A program made the position numbers and the translations under genes. A stretch of DNA of 64,000 bases from Lepidodermella squamata (lineage: Eukaryota; Animalia; Gastrotricha): assembly GCA_047495785.1 (NCBI GenBank), contig JBLDXI010000032.1:3224001-3288000 (forward strand), read 5' to 3'. Under the pieces are notes generated by a model, which worked only from the letters and a program-made list of their open reading frames with translations, made no database searches and was not told the DNA's origin. The first letter of the stretch is position 1, and every line of letters begins with the position of its first letter. Shown piece by piece: positions 1-10,735 of this stretch.

Positions 1-372
1 CTTAAATAGAATAAAAAAATGAGCCATCAAGTGTAACTTCGATCTGGTATTAAACATCATGCGATTAGAGTGATAGGCCGAAGGCAATAAAAGTGTGGCT
101 TGAACAAATGCAACTTTCGATTCAACAAAAATTCACGAGTTTTTCGTTTCTCTTCTCACCTCACATTAAGTTGTATGGCAATAACTTGAGTTAAAGCTCA
201 AAACTTGTTCATCATGACATGATGACTGTTTTAAATTTACGCACATGAGCAGCTACCACGCCACCACGTAGGCTGAACTGTTAATGGCCATCAAGGTGCC
301 GATGTGCTTCAATAGAAAGTAAGAATATGCCCATCTTTAGTTTCAGAAAGATATTTTCTCAAAACAATTGAA

Positions 373-3300
373 ATGCACTTCGTAAGGTTTCTTGGCCTCT
401 TACTTGGGTTGGCGCTCTTCGCTTGTTTAACTAATACTAAATTGATACTGGTAAGGTGTCCTGAACAGAGAGATCCAATCTGTCGCATTATGCCTTTCAT
501 AGAGCGGAGATAGCGGTACATGCTCCAATGGGAAAACGATCAGACAAGTTGACATCTGCGATAGCTACACTGATTGTCCAGATGAAAGTGACGAAATGGA
601 CTGCCCGTGCACGGATGCCCAGTTCCGCTGCAATAACACACGCTGTGTTTCGAAAAGGCAAGCAGTCTTGATAAGCGTGATGGTCTTGTTACTAATCGAC
701 TCAATCTATTCAGTTTTTTATGTGACGGCAACAAGGCATGCAGTGATGGCAGTGACGAGTGGGATTGCCCGCCCTGTGCTGCTGACGAATTTCGATGCCC
801 TAGCACCAAGTGCATCAAAGAAACCCAGCGCTGTGATGGCTTAGCCGATTGTATTGGTGGAGAGGATGAAGCTAACTGTTCATGTGAGTAAATGAGCAGT
901 TAAAAGAATGTAGCAAGAAACAAGAATGTTGTTTAGCATGCGGGCCACGTGGATTTCACTGTCAGAATGACTTTTGTTTAACGGCCGCTTGGCTATGCGA
1001 TGGCGACGACGATTGCAGAGATGGCTCTGCGAGTGATGAAGATCCAACGATGTGCAAAACCTACACTTGCCCAGAAGACCGATTCCATTGCAGCGACAAT
1101 AAATGCATTCCAAAATCCAGGCTCTGCGATGGCATTCTCAATTGCGCGGATGATGAATTTCAAAATTGTAACTGCACGGCGGACCAGTTTGAATGCAAGG
1201 TTCGGAAACAGTGCCTACCGGGAAAGAGTTACCTGTGCGATGGTCAAAAGGATTGCCTCGACGGTACCGATGAACTTGACTGCGAAACGGTAAATTCCAT
1301 TTATTAATGCAACGAGTAACAATTTGCATACTTTATCAGTGCCCACTACCGGGTTACTTTCACTGCGAAAATGTTACCAAGTGCATACCTGAGTGGTAAA
1401 ATGTTTAAAGAGAACTCGCCCGATTCCTAACGTATACTCTCTTCTTACCAAGGAAATACTGCGATAAAGTCGATGACTGTGGTGACGGCAGCGATGAGCG
1501 TTGTGATGAATGCCCTGCATCTTCCAAGTTCAAATGTACCAATTCTACTAAATGCATCTCTAAAAGGTTAGGAATATTACCTGAAATAGTATATATGCGT
1601 AATTTCTCCTTTTAGCTATCGATGTGATGGTGATCGCGTATAGCCTTGCCGATTTTTCGTTATTCAAATTACGTTGATTACTTTGATAGGATTGCGGGTA
1701 TAACGACATATCTGACGAAATTGACTGCCCACCATGCCCGGAATTTACCTGTGTCAGCAATGGAAAATGCATAAAGAATGCTGTTGTTTGTGACAGCTCG
1801 TCAGATTGCGCGGATAGCTCGGATGAAAAAAATTGCTCAGGTTTCTTTTTATTAATCATGGCATGTCCCTAGACCAATCAGATTCGATTCACAGCATGTG
1901 CTGCAAGCGGATTCCTATGCCCCGACAAACGTTGCATTCCAGCTTCGTACCAGTAGGCCTATCGCCACCTGATAGTTTTAAGCGTTTTTCATGTTTGATT
2001 GAAGATGCGACGGCGATAAAGACTGTGGTCCAGATGGTTCAGATGAGCTCAATTGCCTGAATATTCAGGTTCAGTGTGACAATTCCACGCGTTTCCGTTG
2101 CTCCGATGGATTGTGCATCACACTGTCGCGTCGTTGCGACGACTACAAACATTGTTCAGATGACGAAATCAATTGCCCTTGCAAGGGATTTACTTGTGGC
2201 GATGGAACATGCCTCCCTGTAGAAAGTCAGTGTAATGGAACCAAGGAATGCAAAGACGGATCTGACGAAACATTATGTACCGATTCATCGGTAACATTTG
2301 GCCGCGAACATAATAATATATCATACGGAATTGCTTGTTGATTTAATTCCTAGAAATGCCCTCTCGGACGACCATTCTTATGCAGCGGAACAACGACATG
2401 CATTACATCTTCGTAACTTAGCAACATTTTCTTTGTCACGTGAGTTAGATCTCTCTTTTCCCCAGGGTTCTTTGCAACAGTGCGGCTGACTGCCCAGCTG
2501 GGGATGACGAAGCTAGCTGCACAAACTGTACCCTATCTGCTGCTGACGGTAGAACGTGGAAATGTGGCAATTCTACAAAATGCGTGAGGCTAAGTGACCG
2601 CTGCGACGGCTACAACGACTGCTTGACAAATGTCGACGAGGAAAACTGTTTAGGCTGGCCTTGTGCTGATGGTAGATTCCAATGCAGTGACGGCATTTGT
2701 CTCAATACATTCAGAGTCTGCGATTCAATCAAAAACTGTGCGAACGACGAGTTGAACTGCACGTGTACAAGCTATCAAACAAAATGCCCTGCAGGTGATT
2801 GTGTTTCACTGACAGCGTTATGCGACGGAAAGGTTGATTGTAACGATGGCTGGGATGAGTCAAACTGTACAACCGTGAGATTCCATGGTTTCATTCTGAT
2901 TCATGACTATAGGTCATTATGCTTCTAGTGCCCGAATGCTGATGATTACAAGTGCATGAACTCCACGAAATGCATACCGGCAGGTTACGTTTGTGACAAC
3001 GGCCCCGACTGTCCATTCGAGGACGATCAAAGCAACTGCGCGGTTTGCCCACTAGCAAGACCCTTTAAGTGCGCAAATGCTAGCCGCTGTCTACTCGCGT
3101 CGTGAGTTCCCCTAAGCATTTTTCACTAATGGTTATAAACTCGATATTCAACAGATATGTCTGCGATGGGGACCAGGTTTGCTCATTTAAAATAGAAATC
3201 AACTAGATATAGAATATCGGTATTTTTAGGATTGTGGAATATATGACAATTCGGATGAAATATGCCCGCCGTGCTCAGCTGAAGAATTTCGATGCTCGAC

Positions 3301-3466
3301 TGGCAGGTGCATTCCGAACTCGAACAGATGCGATGGATCGAGTGATTGCCGCAACAGTGATGACGAAGCAAATTGCACGGCCTGCGTTGGCACTGGCGTT
3401 TATTGCCCGAGCACTAAAGTTTGCGTGTCGCCTGGAACACCTTGCGCGCCTATAGCTTTGCCATGA
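373..3466 (+). CDS. LDLa-only secreted protein, copy A (signal peptide + 19 LDLa repeats + 4-Cys C-terminal half-module; multi-exon)
   Basis: ATG at 373 starts [26 protein letters not shown] (hydrophobic leader), with a donor at 451. Spliced exons give 19 six-Cys repeats with FxC..C..CDG..DC.D.SDE..C motifs, ending [18 protein letters not shown] (3464-3466). No TM segment. Intron 2 is GC-AG. Confidence 0.9.
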
Positions 3467-4829
3467 ACACTATTGTAACTCAATCCAATCTGACTTAATA
3501 TAGCGGGGTGGTCGTCAGACTCCCTAGAATAGAAACAGATGGCGCACTGAATTTGAGAATTTGAGAAATACCCGAATTATACATCTTTCGTGTAATCTCC
3601 AAGAAATATCATATCTGTAAGTTTATAAACAGCGTCTAAACAGAATATAATAAATGACGTGTTGGTTGCTGACCTGCTCGTTGCTCACTTTTATGCCAAT
3701 AAATAAACCTAATTTGGAAGATGAGAGATTAGACGAGCCGACGAACGCCCTGCATTTGCTTCTTTTGCACACTGCAGTCCAAAAGCGCCTATCACAATGC
3801 CTACGGAAAGTTTGATTGACTTGCCAAAGCATAGGACATAACGCTCGTGACTATGACCAGTCTGCCAAAGGCCGGCCAGCTGTCTCTGAGCTGGTTCGTT
3901 ATTAGTTGCAGTTGGCGCTCGCCAGCGCGACTGTCGCATAGATATGTGCACCTCGTGATGGAAACGAAAAACCTTTCGCCTTCGCAACCCACAAACTCAA
4001 TTAAGCCGAGCAACAATGGAAACAAGCCCTTGCTCTCATTCTGGAAACGCAGCAATGTCATCATCGCATTCGAAGTGCACCTTCGTCCTGTCAAATCGGC
4101 ATCACTCGCAATTGACAATTCGAAGAATCCTATATTCGCCACTTCAATTCAACGATGGGCCAGTTCTGCATCAGCTCTACTCAGACCGCTGCCCCCGCCC
4201 GACCGCTGATAACTCCTAACAAGGCCTTCTAAAATCTAAAAGCAATTACCGCGGTATATATTTATTTATTCATAGGTAATCGTTAATCGAGGATTGAGCG
4301 GTGAGAATTCTGCTGAACTTAAGGAGTGCGCACATCATGTAATTTTTGTTGGTAACAAGCAATAAGTTATTTTCGCGGGTCGTATGTGTTTGCAGAAAGA
4401 AATCGCATATCGCATACCAGCTCACAAACTGATTTCTTTTTTCCTCGTATGTAATTTCTGATCAAAGAGGCCACTGAGGCCACACAAAGAGGCAAAATGG
4501 CCAACTTTGACCGGGCACGGGGCTCGAACAATTATTTGATTATTGGCCAAAAAAATTGAATTTTTAAATATTTGTCCAAATAATTTTACGATTCTCATTT
4601 CTGCGAAGACAATGATTCAAATTAGTGAAATTAGTCAGGGCCCTTCAAGGTTAAGCCGCTGGAACGTTTTACGCCGTGGCGCTGCACTGAATAACCGCAT
4701 GCGCTCTCTGTCTTGAGGGCGGGTATTGTCCATGTCGATGGTCAAGGCGCACCCTGGGCATGTGTCGATTCGATTGTAATATTTCTCGATTCGCTTCTCG
4801 ACTGGTGTCATTAGTTGGGAAGTGGTCTT

Positions 4830-4990
4830 GTGACGATGCTTCGCCCCGGATGCCATCAGCACCCATGTCTCCCCGTCGAGAAGCAACTTTGCCCGGCACT
4901 GACATCGTTCGTAGCCGGCCGATAACAATAGGTGATTCCATCACCATTTGCGAAGTCTCTTTATAATTGAACGTGTCTTTCAACCACTAC
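4830..4990 (-). mobile_element. Decayed FLYWCH-type zinc-finger fragment (Mutator-related)
   Basis: Minus-strand, frameshifted ...GYERCQCRAKLLLDGETWVLMASGAKHRH matches the C-x-A...H-x-H end of FLYWCH. Confidence 0.35.
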
Positions 4991-6124
4991 GAATCACAAA
5001 AAATCCAATAATCGACCCCTGATTGTTGAAAATAGCGTCCTTTCATCTACGCGCGCTAGTCAGAACTTTACGCGGGAGTCTCAAAGCAGCGTTAAATTCG
5101 CGATATGTTTTGCTTTCATGCCGAAACGCCCAGTTTTCCGGTCAACCGGCTGGAAACTAGTCGACCCAACCGGCGACCTGGCCCAACCGACGACTTGACC
5201 CAACCGGCAACCGGTCAGCTTACCGGCCGGTTTACCCGACGTGATTCCACCTCTGGATATGATAACCTTAGTTCATTGGTCTGGCACGAGACTTGGCCCC
5301 GCAACATCACCCGAGGTCATAAGCACTTAAAAGCCACAACTGCATCATGAAAGCATATTCTTCCCTATCAAATAATAATTTCTGAAGTTTGCTGTTGAAA
5401 AACGAGTTTGATGATAGATAAGTAATTTGATGTTGAAAAAAGTAAATCTGATGTTAAACAAAATATTTTTCTTGGGAGGCAAATAAATGACTTGAAAATC
5501 ATATTTTCGTGTTTTACAGGGGATCATGCCAGAAAATTGCCTTTTTACGGACATCTGAACAGACGAACAGGCTGAACAAGGGCCTGAGTGATGAAGAAAT
5601 TCAGCGCTAAATGCACCAGTTCGTCCTCACCTGCGATTCGATTTTTTGTGTTTTTATGCTTCACGATCATATTTCATTGATTGTTGCAAATAAAAAATTC
5701 GATCGGTTCAATAGGAACAGAAATAGGCCGGAAAAATAAACTAAAATTAGTTTTTTTGTTGTCAAATGAAAAAGGGCTGCTGTTAAGATGCCTAAGATCC
5801 AGATATCATTTGATAAATCGTTGAAATAAAAGCCCCATTTACTATAGCGTGCAAACTCGTATAATCATACGTGTTAACCCGGCAGCGAATTTCACGTGTT
5901 AACGCGGGATTTTTCGCGAAAAATCTCGGCTTGAAATTGATCAGGATTTCATTCGCTCACTACGTGTAAACTCGTATGATACATCCGAATGATACGTGTA
6001 AACACATTTTTCGCCGAAAAAAATGTAACGTGTATACACATTCGGTCAAACACGAAGTCGCCTGGTAGCTAAAGGGTTAAACAGGTTAGTTTCAGCTTTA
6101 GCCGAGTTAGCTCTTTCCGCTCGC

Positions 6125-6420
6125 ATGGTTATTGAGTTCGAAAAGCCCACCTTGATCTCCAGCAACAAAAGGAGGGATCACCTGGTCTACCGCGGCTTCA
6201 AATACCGTGACTCGAACCTTCTAAAGAATGTCCACACTTCATGGCGCTGTTGTCAAATTTGTATGACAACTGAGCCAATTGTGCCGAAATAGGGCCGCGT
6301 TAGCAAAGCGAAATTTAAAACTAAGAGTTTGTGAAGGAAGAGCGCTTTTTGACAGTGAAAACAGGCCTGTTGATGAAGAAAAATGGCCTGAGCACGGACA
6401 CGAGCCGGACAACGATAAAA
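6125..6420 (+). mobile_element. Decayed FLYWCH zinc-finger coding remnant (Mutator-like TE-derived)
   Basis: MVIEFEKPTLISSNKRRDHLVYRGFKYRD...TSWRCC, then after a frameshift VCEGRA...WPEHGHEPD. This fits the L-x-Y-x-G-F-x-Y..WRC..C..H-x-H-x-P pattern. Confidence 0.5.
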
Positions 6421-6691
6421 CTAGCGCCCGTGGTTTGCGCGACGAACCGAAGCACCGCGCCGGAAGCAGTCGGGATAAGCCTCGTGTATTACGGTCGGGT
6501 GTCGTCGAGGGCGTTGGCCTAGGTGTATTAGTCGCGATGGGGACGGAGCGAGCTACTCAACGCCTATGCGAGCGAGTTCGAGCAAAAATTCCTTTGCTCC
6601 CACAAACGATGCGTTCCAGCTTCCTATTAGTAGGCCTTAATTAAGTAGTATCGCCAACCAATTACATGTTTAACATTAAAAAAAAATTTCC

Positions 6692-6840
6692 GAAGATTCG
6701 ATGGCGATAAAGACTGCGCGGATGGTTAGGATGAGGTCAATTGCCTAAATGTTCATTGCGACAATTCCACGCATTTTCGTTGCTCCGATGGATTGTGCAT
6801 CATACTGTCGCGTCGCTGCGACGACCAAACACATTGCTCA
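6692..6840 (+). pseudogene. Orphan LDLa fragment (repeats 10-11 of the A/C type)
   Basis: Near match to 2001-2158 but with an in-frame stop (GGT TAG GAT GAG); flanked by unrelated DNA. Confidence 0.8.
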
Positions 6841-8930
6841 TCTTCAAAGTAACGTATCATTTCCTATAATTGAAGTACAGCATCTCTCCTGTACTATAAG
6901 TACAATACCGTGTGCACAGACCGATCTCCACAGTACTCAGCAGTACGGTCAGGCGTGCTGTAATGGGCTCTATAGCTTTTTACAGCTGCACAGCGAGTAC
7001 AGGGCGTCGGCCGTACTTGATTCTACAGTCTGTTTGAACAGTACTGCTGTTTTACAGAGCCATGGACTGTACTATTCAGTACTGCTGAACAAAAAAAATA
7101 GGCAAAGTGCTGGTTCTTCCGCGACAAGGACGAGTAGGTCGCTAACACTAACCCGTCTTATTGTTTAAGCTTGTCTATATATTATTTACAATTTACAATA
7201 GGCTGAACATTGAATGTTGTGATATTCCGAGGCGCATTAGGCCTTTAGATATCTGGCCTAAATTTGGCAGTGCATTTATTTTTTAAGTTTGAGTTACAGG
7301 GACTTGAGGACACGTAAAGATTGTTTTTCATTTTATTTCTGAACACTAACTGCCAAGTCAACGCGTATGATGTTGAAATGATCATTACGAAGCCGCTATG
7401 TCGATGACTATTATAAAGGGAAATTATTTCGCATGGCTAGTTTCTGAAAAATAGCTTTCCAAAACAATTAAAGTGTACCTGTTAGGTTTCAGGTTTCACG
7501 GCATCTTATTCGGGATCCCTTTGATGCGACCGGCCTAAGCTACACAAAATGGACACCGGTAAGTCTAAACATATTCATAAAAATCCTAATCTGTCCTAAT
7601 CCTATATTTTCATAGGAGTGGACATTTGCCCTGACGGAAAGGTGATTGGACCAGGGGACATCTGCGATGGTTACGCCGATTGTCGAGATGGGAGCGACGA
7701 AATGGGCTGCATCTGTAAGATTTGATGAGGTCCGCTGTAAGAACACAAGCTGTGTTTGAAAAATGTGGGACATCTTGCGCATAATCGGCCAACAACTTGA
7801 GATAAAATTGTTGTTATTTCAGCTATGTTTGTTACGGTTACAAGCCGTGCAATGAGGGTAATAGTAATAGTGACGAAAGGGATTGCCCGCCCTGCGCCGC
7901 CAATGAATTTCGATGTGCCGGCACCAAATGCATCACCGAGATTCAGCGAGATCTGCGACGGCAATTACGACTGTCCTGGGTTAAATGACGAGCTTAACTG
8001 CACATGTGAGCTATCGGATTTTTTTTTAAATTCCAGCTACGGTGTTAGCTTGCAGCTTGCAGCTCAACTGGGTTCCACTGCAAGACCAACAGGTGCATTA
8101 CTACCGTTTTCCAATGTGACGGCAAAGATGGCTCGACGGTTTCCATTGTTCCGATGGATTATGTCTCCCCCTGTCGCGACACTGCGACGGTATAGAGCAC
8201 TGTTCGGATGACGAAATCAACTACCCTTGCCAGGGCTTCACTTGTGGCGATGGAACCTGCCTTCTTCCCAGCAGCCAGTGGGATGGCAGAAAGGAGTGCA
8301 CGGACGGAGCCGGCGAAAACTGCGATGACTCCTCAGTATGTAATCATTTGCCAGGGAATAACTTAACAATCCTTCTCAATATTTTTCTCAGAAATACCCT
8401 CCGGGTCGTCCCTTTTTATGTAGTGGCACAACAAACTGCATTCCATCGTAGTCGGTTCAATTTTGCTTACTGTTAGAATTGTATTTATCTGCCTCTCAGG
8501 TTTCTATGCGATGGTGTGCATGACTGCTCGTCTGGAGACGATGAAGCAGTTTGCGCCTCAGTTTGCGCGTGTACTTTTACGGGGAATGTCGACAGAACAT
8601 GGAAATGTGGCAAATCTACGAAATGCGTTAGGCTGAGTGACCGCTGTGATGGCTACAACGACTGCAACAACATTTTTGACGAGCAAAACTATTTAGACAG
8701 GCCGTGTCCTGACGACGATGCAGCGACGGCGTTTGCATTGGTCAATACAAGGTTTGCGATTCGACCAAAAACTGTGCGAACGACGAGGTAACCTGCACGT
8801 GCAATAGCTATCAAACAAGACGCCCCTCAGGTGATTGCGCTTCATTGACACCGTTTTGCGATGGAAAGGTAGATTGCCACGACGTCTGGGACGAGTCGAA
8901 CTGCACCATTCAAGACTAATCATTCGAATA

Positions 8931-9268
8931 CATTGTGTGACCACTTAAAAGTCCAATCCAATGCGCACGCTGATTGGTCAATCGATCATTGTTATGACTC
9001 TCGGATGAAACGTTCTGTCGTGCGATCCATGAGGTTTTTTGCAACAAGTGTTTTTTGCCGCAGCAATTTACCACAATTAATATGGAGTTTACGCTCGTGG
9101 TCTTTGGAAACCGGGTAGGGGGTGTGGCAAGGTCATTTTTTTCATAAATATAAAATAATTTATTGGTGGATCGCACGACGGAAATGTTTCATTCCGGAGT
9201 CATTAGCAACGATAAATTGACCAATCAGCGTGCGCGCCAAGGTTCAACTTACCAGTGGTTCCACAATG
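8931..9268. mobile_element. MITE with long imperfect TIRs and TA TSD (Tc1/mariner-type); truncated copies at ~20946-21095 and ~24110-24259
   Basis: TA|CATTGTGTGACCACT ... AGTGGTTCCACAATG|TA; 8962-9030 is the inverted repeat of 9167-9237. Confidence 0.75.
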
Positions 9269-9941
9269 TAAGCTTCAGTTTTATTTCGTTTACCTTTTTA
9301 ACCAGTGACCAATTATTACGTGACAGAGAGAACTATAAGGTTGAGGAAGACAGCCGAGGGTTTAGCAGGGTAGAAGGTAGATAGGTAGGATAGTGGGTAG
9401 CCAGAAGCATGAGATTTGCAGCAATCAACCTTGTTATACAGGTAAACCGGAGGTAGTCTGGTAAGCACAGGTAAGGGAAGGTGAGAGAAGGTAAGATACA
9501 AAGGTAAGAGAAGGGCAAAGACGGAGATTTGAATCTCCCTCCTTTCAATATAAAATTATAATTTAGATTAGATTTATAATTACGGAGTGCCTATTTGTAC
9601 TTAAACATGTGGTATATTTTACCTATGTGTACATAATTTTCTATTAATTGTTTTTACGCTAAAGACTGATGTTTTATATGGTTTATGGCTTTAAAATACT
9701 TTTCAAGTTAATCCTGGGCTGAGGCACATACTGAACCTCATTTGACACATCAGGGTCAATCTATGTACACAAAATTGGCTATATTCGTATCGTACACAAA
9801 TATCGTCACCTAAATGTGAATGAGTGATGTCTTCCATGAGAATCCTGAATTTAGCGCCAAAAACATTTTTGAATCTTGAAACGAATTAGCTTTGCAAAAT
9901 ATGTTTTTTGGCTCTAAAATCAAGCTTCCCGTGGGGGTTTA

Positions 9942-10040
9942 CCTCACTTGCGTAACAAAGCCAAGGGTTAGGGTTAGGGTTGGGGGTGTGGCTTGGCTTG
10001 GCTTTGGCTTAGATACTCAAGTGATAGATACGCAAGTGAG
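9942..10040. repeat. Small hairpin element with internal TTAGGG-like repeats
   Basis: CTCACTTGCGTA ... TACGCAAGTGAG inverted repeat enclosing AGGGTTAGGGTTAGGGTTGGGG. Confidence 0.5.
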
Positions 10041-10735
10041 AGTAATTCTCTCATGGACGAAATCACGCACACACAGATTCTCTTATAATTATTTGCAATA
10101 TATCTGTACAATTTAATTTTGATTATTATTGAATATTTTGTACGAAGGTGTTGCCGCAGTCCGTCACAGAAACTCAGGACTGTGGAAGCGGAGACATGTC
10201 TGATGAAATATGCCCGCCGTGCTCAACTGATGAATTCGCACGGCCTGCGTTGGTACCGGGATTTATTGCCCAGACACTAGACCTTGCATGTCGCTTGGAA
10301 TACCTTGCTTGATTACCTAACAGTATTCATCAAACCTCACCACATTTATATTAACATAAGAAATTATAAGAAAATGAGCCATCAAGTGTAACGCCTTCGA
10401 TCTAGTTTTAAAAATCACGCGAATTTTAGAGCGCTAGGCCGAAGGCAATAAGTGTGAAAAGTGAGGCTTGAACGAAATAATCTTTCGATTCAACGAAAAT
10501 TCACGAGTTTTACGGTTTTCTTCTCACTCATTAAAGTTCTATGCCTATAACTTGAGTTGAAGCTCGAAACAAGTTTATCATAACGTGATAATTGTTTCAA
10601 ATTTACGCACATGAGCAGCTACAACGCCACCACGCATGCCGATTTGTTAATGGTTATCAAGGTGCCGATGTGCTTCAATATTAAGATTGTTGTTCATATT
10701 TAGTTTCAGAAAGATATTTTCTCAAAACAATTGAA

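Larger units (their letters stand above)
7495..10320 (+). pseudogene. LDLa array copy B, pseudogene
   Basis: Degenerate leader exon (..CTTATTCGGGATCCC..AAATGGACACCG|GTAAGT) with frameshifts and stops. Repeats 1-4 jump to 11-16, ~1.2 kb of inserted DNA follows at 8931-10170, and the last exon (10179-10320) is internally deleted. Confidence 0.85.

Noticed and set aside
9310-9545. Purine-rich AGGTAAG-type tract as a cluster of splice donors
   Set aside because: Low-complexity sequence within inserted DNA in pseudogene B, with no associated exons.
9963-9985. Interstitial telomere
   Set aside because: Only ~2-3 TTAGGG units, enclosed in a small inverted-repeat element.
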